A DNA stretch of 63,271 nt, filler included, from Octopus bimaculoides (lineage: Eukaryota), in assembly GCF_001194135.2 (NCBI RefSeq). It is 5 parts of 5 records of this genome, joined end to end, with 100 filler letters (N's around TTAATTAATTAA, not from the genome) between each part and the next. Parts side by side here need not be neighbours in the genome. Positions count along the whole stretch, not along the records: positions 25,071 to 45,725 come from NC_069002.1; positions 45,826 to 51,212 come from NC_068983.1; 3 more parts are not named here. One strand, written 5' to 3'. Both the position numbers and the translations under genes were made by a program. Every line of letters begins with the position of its first letter. Position 1 is the stretch's first letter. The notes under the pieces are model-generated. The model had not been told where the DNA came from and did no database searches. It saw only the letters and a list, made by a program, of their open reading frames with translations. Of this stretch, positions 39,512 through 51,312 are shown one piece after another.

Positions 39512-39732
39512 GGAGTAAGCACATAAATGTGAAGCAAGGTGGAAAAAATGAGTACTCAAATACCAGAGGTAGAGTAATATGCTTTATTTAAAAGCAGCAG
39601 AAATAAAACAAAAGCTGTTACTCAGAGTTTCACGATCCTGTTCATCGGGAAACAAGAAAACCTGTCCGACGAATGGGAACGTGAAACTCTGAGTAACAGC
39701 TTTTGTTATATTTCTGCTGCTTTTAAGTAAAG
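39510..39732. mobile_element. Non-autonomous Penelope-derived element; about 150-bp hairpin (39582-39732) with two inverted minimal hammerhead motifs
   Basis: + copy 39662-39699: CTGT-CCGACGA-ATGGGAACGT-GAAAC-TCTGA-GTA-ACAG; mirror copy at 39615-39648. Confidence 0.65.
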
Positions 39733-41639
39733 TAAAGTATATATATATATATATATATACATAAAAGCCACACAGGATGGTGACACATAAAATGCACCCA
39801 TACCAGTGACACACAAGAGGCACTCGTGCCAGTGACACAAATGAAGCACTCATGCCGGTGACACGTAAAAGGCACCTGTAACAGTAACATGTAATGGGCA
39901 CTCGTACTGCTGACACATAAAAGGTACCCACTACACTCTTGGAGTGGTTGGCATTAGGAAGGGCATCGGGCATCAAGCCGTAGAAACCATGCAAAATCAA
40001 ACTGGAACCTGATGCAGTTCTCTGGCTTACCTGTTCCAATCAAACTGTCTAACCCATGCCAGCGTTGAAAACAGACACTAAATGATGATGATAGATGATG
40101 ATGGTGATGGTGATGATAGATGATGATGATGATATGTGAGTTTGCGTGTATATATTTGTTACTCTGTCTGTGCGTCTGTATGTATGTATCTGCATGACCA
40201 TATATCTGCATATGTGCACCTGTGCATGTGTGTGCATGTGTATGTTGCATGTGTATGATTGCTTGTATGCGTCTCTGCATCCCCCTTGTTTGTGATGCCA
40301 TAGCTCTGTGACATGAACAATTCAAAGTGTTTTGATGTGATCCTACTTACGGCACACTGCTTTCAAACACACACCACTTGCTGCACATTGCATGCAAAGG
40401 AAATTTTCCGATCAATGCAACAAGCCAATGCAACACACCAACAGATGGCAGTTCTTGTTGTTTAGCCCCAGGTCAATGATTCAGTGAACAGCCAATTGGA
40501 TCAAAGACTTTTCGGGCATGACAATCTTGTCTTTTTACAGAAGTATGTCTCAAAGTAAATTACGCAATGTGTTCATTTTCTCTTATATAAAACAAGCAGT
40601 ATGTTATCTGAGAGGAAAGATTTGGCTGCTATTTTTAGCATAGCAAGCAGTTGCAAATGGCATCTCTCCATGTATCCTAATTCAGTAATATTTTTAATAT
40701 TTATAGATTTTATCATCATCATTGTCATCGTTATCATCATCCCTATCATCATCATTATCATCATCATCTTTGCTGTCGTCGTCGTCGTCATCATCATCAT
40801 CATCATCATCATCATTGTCGTCATCGTCGTCGTCATCATCATCATAATCATCATTTAATGGCTGTTTCCTATGCTGGCATAAGTTGGATAGTTTAGCAGA
40901 ATCAGGTGACCCACAGAGCAGCATTGAGCTTCGTGTCAGCTTTGGCATGGTTTCTACAACTGGATGCCCTTCCTAAGGTCAACCACTTTTACAGAATGTA
41001 CTAGGCACTTCCCCCATGCCACTGGCACTAGGGAGGTTGCCAAGTAAAATGCTAGATGAAAAAGCACAAGAGATTCCCCTTCAGTAAAATCCCCTTGACT
41101 CTGTGGGTTAGGAGAGTATAAAAGGATAAAGGGTAAAGAGCCCCTTCAGTCTTGAATGACCATGGAATTGTCCCTAGAAAGTTACCCTCCAAGGTACAAG
41201 TCAGGGTAAAGTTGTTTATGGAAGAGTAGCAGTTGCTCGTGCATACCAGTTTCCCCTCTCTACATCACTGATGTTATCCAAGGGAAAGGCAAAGGGGCCA
41301 ATACAGCTTGGCACAAGTGATGTTGCAACTCATTTCTACAGCTGAGTGAACTGGAGCAATGTGAAATAAAGTGTCTTGCTCAAGAACTCAGCACACAGCC
41401 CAGACCAAGAATCGAATTCACTACGTGATAATTGTGAGCCCAACACTCTAACTACTGAGCTATGCATATATNNNNNNNNNNNNNNNNNNNNNNNNNNNNN
41501 NNNNNNNNNNNNNNNNNNNNNNNNNNNNNNNNNNNNNNNNNNNNNNNNNNNNNNNNNNNNNNNNNNNNNNNNNNNNNNNNNNNNNNNNNNNNNNNNNNNN
41601 NNNNNNNNNNNNNNNNNNNNNNNNNNATATATATGTATG

Positions 41640-41692
<53 letters not shown>

Positions 41693-41705
41693 GTATATAT
41701 ATATG

Positions 41706-41741
<36 letters not shown>

Positions 41742-44699
41742 TATTTATGTATATAGAAAAGAGGGTAAAGACCCACTTCAGTTATGAATGATGATGGGAT
41801 AGCACCTAGAAAGTTCTTCAAGCCACAAGTCTATCATTCACTTGTTCTCTATATCTTAGTTATTTTATCTTGTTACCTCTCTAATTCCCTGTCTCTACTA
41901 TAAAGCTTTGTCTTTCATCTTTCTTTCTCTTCCGTTTTACTCACTGTCTTCATTATCTTCATGATCAACATCATGATCACCATCATCATTGTCATCATCA
42001 TGCTCATCATGGTCACGTTCATCATGATTGCGATCATCATCATCTAGCATCTGTTTTCCATACTGACATGGGTTGCTTGGATAGTTCAACAGGAGTTGGC
42101 ATGCCAGAGGACTACATGAAGCTTCACTGCTTGCTTTGTCATGTTTTCTATTGCTGGATGTCTTTCCTAACGCCAACCACTTTACAGAGTTTAGTAGGTG
42201 TTTTTTTACATGGCACCAGCACTAGTGAGCTCACTAAGTAACCTGCAAGACAAGACCTCTCAACTGATTAGTAATAGTATTGAGTGGCGTGACTTTATGC
42301 CAAATAAGGAGAGGATAAAGTATGAAAGACAGGCAGGAATACCTATTCCTGCCTGTCTTTCATACTGTTGAAGAGATACAGTTTTCCCTGTTCAGAGAAA
42401 GAGATGGTAGTAAAGATGTGTTGGAGCCGTCACTCATTTTGCTAACTATCATTATATTTCACTGTCTACTCACATGATTCCCCAACTGGTTTTGTAAGAT
42501 TTGAACTTTAAGCACAAGGAGAGCTAAAACAGATACACTGAAGCATTCTAACTAGAACAGTAACCACTCTGTCAATTTACCAGATTTTCTAAATATAACC
42601 GCCGCCCCCACCCCTTGTTAAATATGAAAATATATAAATAACAAATCTGTACATTAATGTTCTAAAGTCATTAAAAATGGTGTCACAAGTTATAGACGTC
42701 CCCCTTTTGATAATGTAATTCTGGAAAGCTCTTAATGTACTTAATAACTGCATCAGTAAGACACATAAATCAAATATGTTCATTATATTAAACATAAACG
42801 TCTACATAAGCAAATTAAGCAACATTATAAATGAGAGAAGAATACTATCTTCTATGAAAACTGACTCCAATGACAGTGCTTAAAAGAAAAAAAAAATAAA
42901 GAAATTTAACAAAATCCTCAATAGCCATGATTTTGTTACTGTCATATATATATATGTGGTAGGATTTTCTGAATGGTGATAATTTTTCTCTCTCTCACTC
43001 TATCACTTTCTCTATCTCTCTGTCAGTTAGTCAGCCAGTCAATCTCTCTGTCTCTCTCTCTCTCTTGCACATATCTGATTATTTATCTATTCATCTATTT
43101 AATTTTCTATCTATCTATCTGTCTACTTATCTATCTATTTATCTGTCTGTCTATCTATCTACTTATCTATCTGTCTATCTATCTATCTACTTATCTGTCT
43201 ATCTATCTACTTATTTGTCTATCTATTTCCCCTCCCTCTCTCTCACACATATTTAGTTATTTATCTATCCACCCATTTAATTTTCTTTTTATCTGTTTAT
43301 CTATCATCTTTCTATCTATCTATCTATTTATCTTTCTATTTATCTCTTTAGCTATCTACTTATTTATCTATCTATCCATCCGTCCATCCATACATGCTTG
43401 CCTGGGTTCAAAAGAGTTTATTAAAGCAGATTTTCTATGGTTGGATGCCCTTCCCGCTGCCAACACTCACCTGCTTCCATCAAAATCATTTCCCATAGTC
43501 TGACCTGTTTTTGTAGAATATTGGAAATGAATGACATTCATTTCCAAATACGTTAAGACAAGGAGACACAAACATAAACACAGTTGCACTTATACAATAA
43601 GCTTCTAAACCCAAAGCCATGTGTTTGAGATGCAAGTTTCTTAACCAGGCTATGCTTGTTCCTTATGTGTGTGTGTGTGTGTTTATACATACATATATAT
43701 ATAGAATGTATATATATATATATATATATATATNNNNNNNNNNNNNNNNNNNNNNNNNNNNNNNNNNNNNNNNNNNNNNNNNNNNNNNNNNNNNNNNNNN
43801 NNNNNNNNNNNNNNNNNNNNNNNNNNNNNNNNNNNNNNNNNNNNNNNNNNNNNNNNNNNNNNNNNNNNNNNNNNNNNNNNNNNNNNNNNNNNNNNNNNNN
43901 NNNNNNNNNNNNNNNNNNNNNNNNNNNNNNNNNNNNNNNNNNNNNNNNNNNNNNNNNNNNNNNNNNNNNNNNNNNNNNNNNNNNNNNNNNNNNNNNNNNN
44001 NNNNNNNNNNNNNNNNNNNNNNNNNNNNNNNNNNNNNNNNNNNNNNNNNNNNNNNNNNNNNNNNNNNNNNNNNNNNNNNNNNNNNNNNNNNNNNNNNNNN
44101 NNNNNNNNNNNNNNNNNNNNNNNNNNNNNNNNNNNNNNNNNNNNNNNNNNNNNNNNNNNNNNNNNNNNNNNNNNNNNNNNNNNNNNNNNNNNNNNNNNNN
44201 NNNNNNNNNNNNNNNNNNNNNNNNNNNNNNNNNNNNNNNNNNNNNNNNNNNNNNNNNNNNNNNNNNNNNNNNNNNNNNNNNNNNNNNNNNNNNNNNNNNN
44301 NNNNNNNNNNNNNNNNNNNNNNNNNNNNNNNNNNNNNNNNNNNNNNNNNNNNNNNNNNNNNNNNNNNNNNNNNNNNNNNNNNNNNNNNNNNNNNNNNNNN
44401 NNNNNNNNNNNNNNNNNNNNNNNNNNNNNNNNNNNNNNNNNNNNNNNNNNNNNNNNNNNNNNNNNNNNNNNNNNNNNNNNNNNNNNNNNNNNNNNNNNNN
44501 NNNNNNNNNNNNNNNNNNNNNNNNNNNNNNNNNNNNNNNNNNNNNNNNNNNNNNNNNNNNNNNNNNNNNNNNNNNNNNNNNNNNNNNNNNNNNNNNNNNN
44601 NNNNNNNNNNNNNNNNNNNNNNNNNNNNNNNNNNNNNNNNNNNNNNNNNNNNNNNNNNNNNNNNNNNNNNNNNNNNNNNNNNNNNNNNNNNNNNNNNNG

Positions 44700-44927
44700 T
44701 GATGTGTGTGCGTAGCAGTCCATAAAGAACAAATAAATCTTCCACAACACTACCGAATTCCACTCATTGGCCACATAGACTCTTATGCCAGAAATAAAAA
44801 TCCTAAATTCGTTATATTCCCTTTTTATCAATGTAAAGACAGAATCTCTACACAAGAAAGAATCAACAAGAAGAATCTTTTTATAGGGAAATTTCAAACG
44901 ATTCTTAACATACAAACTCCTCGGTGA
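44700..44927 (+). mobile_element. C-terminal GIY-YIG endonuclease region of a Penelope-like element (5' part in the N gap)
   Basis: HKEQI..PQHYRIPLIGHID...NPKFVIFPFY..ER..K..FI.KFQT.LN*; typical PLE GIY-YIG ending. Confidence 0.7.
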
Positions 44928-45725
44928 CCATATTCCACTCTCTCGCCTACCCAATGAAATACATGTAAATTTACTTCTTGTTTCTCTAAGAACAGACATA
45001 AACTTCCTGTTGACAAAGAGTCCAGAGCTCCAACTAAAGAGTATAAAACACACAGAATTGTCTCCCCTTACCCACACTTCCTGTTTGACACATAAACATT
45101 CATCCTTTTTATACATAACACTAATCTAACATCCATGCATCCCAATCTTTCTAGCAATTATCTACATGGATTACCATTGAACTTTAAAAGCTCAAAGACA
45201 ATATAATGTATTGGTATATTTATTTTTTTTATATATTTATTATTTTTTTTGTAAAAAAACATTATTTTCATTTTCCCCGTTCTTGTATATTTGCCATGCA
45301 ATGGAAGCAGGTTAGAAATCCTTTTTAATCTTCCTTATACACATTTATATTAAAATATGCTTTTAGTATAGCATTTTGCCTTATTATTATTATTATTTTT
45401 GTTTTCCTATTATTTCTCCATGTGCAGCTAACACAACCCCACCATTTACTGACTTATATATATATATTAACTTGTTTGATAAATGCCAATGCACGAAACT
45501 CTCGGACCTTCAGTCACTCTGTTATTTCTGCTAAATATTAATGAAAATATACATATATTCATATTTTGAGTTCTAATTTTCCAGTTTGCATCAACGCACC
45601 CCTGTGTGCGGGCATGCGTGCATATTTATGTGTGTGTGTGTTCTTTTTCCATGCCTGCTAGCCATGAAGAGTATGTGTATTAGATAGCCATCCAGTTATC
45701 TAATATCCTGTGTGAAACAAAATAA

Positions 45726-45825
45726 NNNNNNNNNNNNNNNNNNNNNNNNNNNNNNNNNNNNNNNNNNNNTTAATTAATTAANNNNNNNNNNNNNNNNNNN
45801 NNNNNNNNNNNNNNNNNNNNNNNNN
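45726..45825. other. Artificial join (linker 45770-45781)
   Basis: 44N-TTAATTAATTAA-44N. Confidence 0.95.
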
Positions 45826-45876
45826 GGAAAATTTCACACACACACACACTAAACATATATATATATATACATATAT

Positions 45877-46040
45877 ACGACGGGCTTCTTTCAGTTTCCG
45901 TCTACCAAATCCACTCACAAGGCTTTGGTCAGCCCGGGGCTATAGTAGAAGACACTTGCCCAAGGTGCCACGCAATGGGACTGAACCCGGGACCATGTTG
46001 TTGGTAAGCAAGCTACTTACCACACAGCCACTCCTGCGCC
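45877..46040 (-). mobile_element. SINE family B copy
   Basis: Nearly identical to 59545-59708. Confidence 0.9.
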
Positions 46041-47005
46041 TAACGGGGATTTTTGGCAAAAAAAAAATTTTTTTAATAAACAAATTTGGGAGAAAATGGG
46101 GGGAGGGGCGGTAAAAAATTGTCTTTTGGCTAGCGGTGTTTGCCGCTAGTAACATCTTGTTTGACGCCAAAAATACTTAGCTATTGTTAGGTTAATGCTA
46201 ACGATGATGTATAAAATGAATTCTTTAATGGATCTCATGGGACCCGATAAAATTATAAAAAAGAAAAGTAAGTTACATTCCTTTTGATTGCGTCATGTAC
46301 AAACGTCGTTAGTTACCAAGGTAAAACTATCTCTATTAATATTCAAGTTGGTATTTTTTTTAACTCGCTCCTCATTGATGTTAATAGCATGTTCGTGATT
46401 AGATAACACGAAGATCATTTTAGTTTAAAGTAATCTAAGAGATAACTTTATCAAGTGTTTGTAATAAACAGTCAGTGGAAAGTGACACAGCTAGAATGTG
46501 TGCCACCGCCTTAAAAGCGTCGCATCAGAGCAGACCATCTTGTTGCTTCCACCCCTACCTAGCTACACTACTGAGTGGAACGCATTCACACACATTGGCT
46601 TATTGGGAAATTTTCGACCATTTTGAACTTTAAAAGAAAATTAAAGTTTTCATTCCCTCATTCAGGAATAATAATGCTTTTAAAGTATTGTGCAGATGAA
46701 AACATTCATACGGTGGTTAACAGAATGTCATGACACAATATAATAATTATATGTGTATCATCAACTACTACTACTACTACTACTACTAATTTTTGTATTC
46801 GAAGTTATTTCATGTAAAAAATTGTCGTATTTCGGTAATTTCAACTAATCACTGACGTCTATCGAGGTGAAAACAATTACTGCTGTGGAATGTAAACAAC
46901 ACGTTGTGCGGTGTAATGAGATCTTTTCCCTTCAATAAAATTAGTGCAGTTTGAAAATGTTTCGTTAAGAAAACAAGTGGCGCCCGCCAAATCAGAAAGA
47001 TCCCA

Positions 47006-48266
47006 ATTTGTCCTTTTTATATTTATTGTATCGACCATGTGAAGTACTACAGGAGCCATTCTCGTCACCTCTCTTCGCACGGTCGTTAGAAATTGGTGAC
47101 CCCCGCCTTAGATCTCTCATTCCTTCTGATAGGTTAGTGCCAGCTTTCATTTTACTTTAATGACCAACCGTTCTTTCTAATTTCACCTTTTCACTACAGA
47201 AATATCTTCCTTTTATCGTCTATTTTGTCTCCCCAAAAATGACTGGTGAGGGGCTATCTGTAGCGGAAACTTGAGGGAAATTCCTCTCCTCTCTATTATA
47301 TATACATAAATACGTACGTAGTAGATAACAGCTAGCCTTTGGCCGCACTTTTGGACCCTGTTGTGTCCACTACTCTGGTTGGTTGGTATTGGTGCAATTT
47401 GTCTCTTGCTCTATCGCGCGCCAATTATGCAACCCAACCAATCGCAGCCTTCAAATCAGGTCACGTAAGACAGTCTGTTCTAAACCCCAGTTTGAGCCGA
47501 CTGCTCTCTATAAAAACTCCAGCTTCACATCGTCTCGATTGTCTTTCGGTTCCAGACCTTTTGAGGTCTAGCCACTGACCACACAGGACACAGCCAGTTC
47601 CAGCGACAACACAACAGCAGCCACATGGAGACTTATCAACTTCGTCCAATAGCATTCGACGACTTGTATCTCCGTCGTCACCATTCGCCCTAACGTCAAC
47701 ATCATTTCTCTACGTACACAGCAACAAGCAACACTCGCACAGGTTCTAACGCAACACTGTTCGTGAATTACTTCACCATGGTTAATAACAAATACAACCT
47801 GCGAGAACTCCTGTACCAAGAGACCCAGGCAGCAGCATCGCAGCCACAGCCTCACGTACGTACATGTACCACAACCGGCTCTGCATCATCGCCGCAATTT
47901 CTTGATACAGCATTTCAACTATCGTGTGCAATTGACTACGAACTGGTATTTATCATTCTTGTGTCTGAACATTCTTCTAACTTCTCATAGACTCTTTCTA
48001 TGCTCTGTACTTAACGCACACGCATACATCCATGCCTATGCACACACATATACATTGTTCTCATGACGGCCTGTCTATTATTATGTATACATGACAGACA
48101 CACATGTTAACATGTGAATAAAGTCTTCTGTTAAACATTTTACCCGATTGTGTCTCTCTTTTCCTTCTGGCACTTATATGCATTTGTTCTTTTTATATTT
48201 ATTGTATCGACCGTGTGAAGTACTACAGGAGCCATTCTCGTCACTTCTCTTCTCACGGTCGTTACA
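47006..48266 (+). mobile_element. LTR element: partial 5' LTR (47006-47090), PBS (47094-47105), 168-bp internal region, PPT-like GAGGGG (47248-47253), full 3' LTR (47259-48266)
   Basis: 85-nt direct repeat 47006-47090 vs 48182-48266 (5 mismatches by eye); LTR TGTAGC...GTTACA; TATAAAA near 47509; AATAAA near 48117; TGGTGACCCC is complementary to the tRNA-Trp 3' end. Confidence 0.75.
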
Positions 48267-48424
48267 TATCCTTCACCATTGGAACTTCCATATCTAAATT
48301 GTTCTTCAATTGTTTAAATAAAAAGTAGATGCTGTTTCCAAAATTCACTTTCTTACTAATGAAATAGATGTTCTCTCATTTGAGTACTGCATACAAATGA
48401 CTGGTAGTGATGTTGGTATGAAAT

Positions 48425-48481
<57 letters not shown>

Positions 48482-49089
48482 TTATTGAAATTTACCTTAA
48501 ATTTGATCATTAATCTTGCTTGACTTTGCATAAAAAAGCAAAAGCAAAACAAATCGACATATTTCCCATCAAAGAGAATTTTACCTACCATTCTTTCGCT
48601 TCTCACTCGACAAAAATAAATAAATAAATACAGGGGCCTGACCGGCCGCTATCAGTTCGTTGCCGTCGAGGGGAAAACAAATTTGAAAATTCTCCATCAA
48701 AACGGAGAAAATCCAACTTATGTGGGCGAGCTATTACCATTTTGTCAGAACGACAATTTTTAACCCTTTGCCTGTCCCGTGTAACACGTGATGCACAGGA
48801 CATATTCCCCTGGCGTCCATATGTCATGTATTATGCACATTTCCTTTATTTCTTTTTTTAATTATAAGTGTATCTTGGGTCATGTGAAAGGAAATCTTTA
48901 TATTACTCAGATTGTATAAAACGTCTCAAAACAAGCATGGATATTTAAGACAAACTTGTGAAAACGCTTGTACTATTGCATTTTTGTCGTTTTCACCTCT
49001 GTTCGTTTTTTTGTTTTTGAGAAACGGTTTTCTTCGGTTGCTGTCCTGTCACTACCACATTTTCATAATTTTGAACTGTGTGTTTTCCT

Positions 49090-49990
49090 AGATCTTTTCA
49101 ACCTAATTAGAAATCTGTCGGGTATGATGGAGAAATTGAAAACCGAAGAAGATGCAGTTTCTTCCAAGAGAAGGGTGTTATCCCAAGAAGAAAATTGTGT
49201 ACAAAATGACACTATATGAACAAGATACATTGCGGAAAAATTTACTGGCGGTGCTCCTGAAAAGGATGCAATGAATGTGTGTCTATTAGAAAAGATACAT
49301 GGTTCGAAGGTGGCACCCTTCCTCTTAGAACTGAACTGCTTTTTCTTTACTTATGAATCAAGGAATCGACTTCAATTTTGTGTTGAAGAACTGGGGATGA
49401 GCTACTGTACAGTTGTTGATTACAACAGCTATGTTCGTGAAATATATGTGGGAAACCTACTCTGCAACCCGGTCCAGATAGGCTGACCTGGGAAAATTGT
49501 TGAAATAGATTAAACAGACTTCCTCAGACGTAAATACAACTGAGGAAAGGTGCTTGCTACCTGAACAGTGGGCCTTTAAAGGGGTGTGTCGCGAGGCCAG
49601 AGATGTTTTTCTTAATGTAGTACCATGTTGGAATCATGACACACAAGAGGAATGCATACGTCAGTTGGTTCTTGTGGTGGTCGTGGGGGCCTACTCTCAT
49701 ACACAGATTTCGGTGGTGGTCGGTGGGTACTTATCAGTTTAAAAATTGCTGAGTTTATGCTTAGATCATTCAGTATTTTCCTTCTCATCGATAAACATAA
49801 GCTTCTAAAACGGCTTAGTCATGACTTTGAACGTCATATTGACGATGAATATTATCAGTCATGATGATGATAACGAATTTCTAGAAGAAATTTATGTCGT
49901 TTCTAGAGACAGGGATTGGTCTCGTTTCTAGAGACAAGGATGTCGTTTCTAGAGACAAGGATGTCGTTTCCAGAGACAGGGACAGGTGAG
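49090..49990 (+). mobile_element. Merlin (IS1016/ISXO2-like) transposase pseudogene with a subterminal 21-bp tandem repeat (49896-49983, 4 copies)
   Basis: YWRC..C...SIRKDTWFEG..ELG..TVVD..IG*PGKIVEID*..RRKYN*G..QWAFKGVCRE; matches Merlin GGPGxxVEIDE..RKYNRG..WVFGG. Termini not resolved. Confidence 0.8.
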
Positions 49991-50512
49991 ATAATTATCA
50001 TTATCTCACTTATTTCTACAATCTGATTGGACGGTAATCAGGACACGTCACCTGACTCAAGTGTGTACTGGGCCTAGTTATGAGGTTTCGATTTCGTGCT
50101 TCACTAAAACATATAACTTTTTTTTTTCTACTCTAGGCACAAGGCTCGAAATTTTGGGGGAGGAGGCCAGTCGATTAGATCGATCTCAGTACGTAACTGG
50201 TACTTAGTTTATCAACCCCGAAAGGATGAAAGGCAAGTCGACTTCGGCGGATTTTGAACTAAGAACATAATAATTATGGATTCAAATTTTGGCACAAAGC
50301 CAGGAATTTCAGGGTAGAGGCTAAGTCGATTACATCGATCCACCTCAGTGCTTAACTGGTTCTTATTTTATTGATCCCGAAAGGATAAAAGGCAAAGTTG
50401 ACCTCAGCAGAATTTGAACTAAGACGGACGAAATGCCGCTAAGTATTTTTCCCGGCGTGCTAACGATCCTGCCTGCTAGCCGCCTTTATAATAATAATGA
50501 TAATAATGGTTT

Positions 50513-51175
50513 TGTAGGTGCAATTGCCCCCCTCCTTGACAGCGGGTTAAACAAGTTGAACAAATAGAGGGCGTTATGCAACATTAAGGTTCAGACACTC
50601 ACTCATCTCTTTCTCTTTCTGCATTGGGACGCTAGCTGTGAAAACGCAGCTTGACTGTCTCTCTGTCTGTCTGTCTGTCTCTCTCTCTCATACTACACGC
50701 CAGCTTGCAGATAGGAGGATAGCACAGAAGACCATGGCCTTTATGCACTAACCATTCCATTTATCATTCAGTTGTGTATGTGTGGTCACAATAAACGTGT
50801 AGTAACGCCGTGCGCATGCGTAGTCTCACGCATGCGTGGAATTAAACAAGCAAGCTTTCCCGCTTAATTCTACCTCTTTCTCGGTCGGCCGGCCATGAGC
50901 ATGGACGTGTCAAGCAGTGTCTCCAACATTCCAGCTCTGGAGACAGTCTCTTTACGTGTTTAGCTGTCTCTCTTCATCTTTCGGACTTACACTCGACAGC
51001 TCGCTTACATCTACATAACAACGTCCCAACAACTATGCTCACACACACAGAAGCTGTAACAACAAGAGCTAAAGATGTATATATTTACCACCTGAATAAA
51101 TGTTGTTTAAGTTGATAGTCTGGAGTTCAGCGTTCCGTTATATTTCTAATTTTATATAGGAAAGTCAGGTATACA
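50513..51175 (+). mobile_element. Possible solo LTR
   Basis: TGTAGG start, TATACA end, AATAAA near 51095, CpG-rich; no matching TSD found. Confidence 0.3.
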
Positions 51176-51212
51176 TCTAATGATGTATAACCAACTTTCC
51201 TATAAACGTATT

Positions 51213-51312
51213 NNNNNNNNNNNNNNNNNNNNNNNNNNNNNNNNNNNNNNNNNNNNTTAATTAATTAANNNNNNNNNNNNNNNNNNNNNNNNNNNNNNNN
51301 NNNNNNNNNNNN
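51213..51312. other. Artificial join (linker 51257-51268)
   Basis: 44N-TTAATTAATTAA-44N. Confidence 0.95.

Noticed and set aside
42589-42795. 68-aa hydrophobic minus-strand ORF
   Set aside because: AT-rich chance ORF with no recognisable family.
43619-45116. Longest ORF-track entries (348-477 aa) and similar ones at 5194, 30140, 32174, 35049, 52523 and 54335
   Set aside because: They are long only because N gaps contain no stops. The real part of 43683-45116 (-) is the antisense of the Penelope GIY-YIG fragment.
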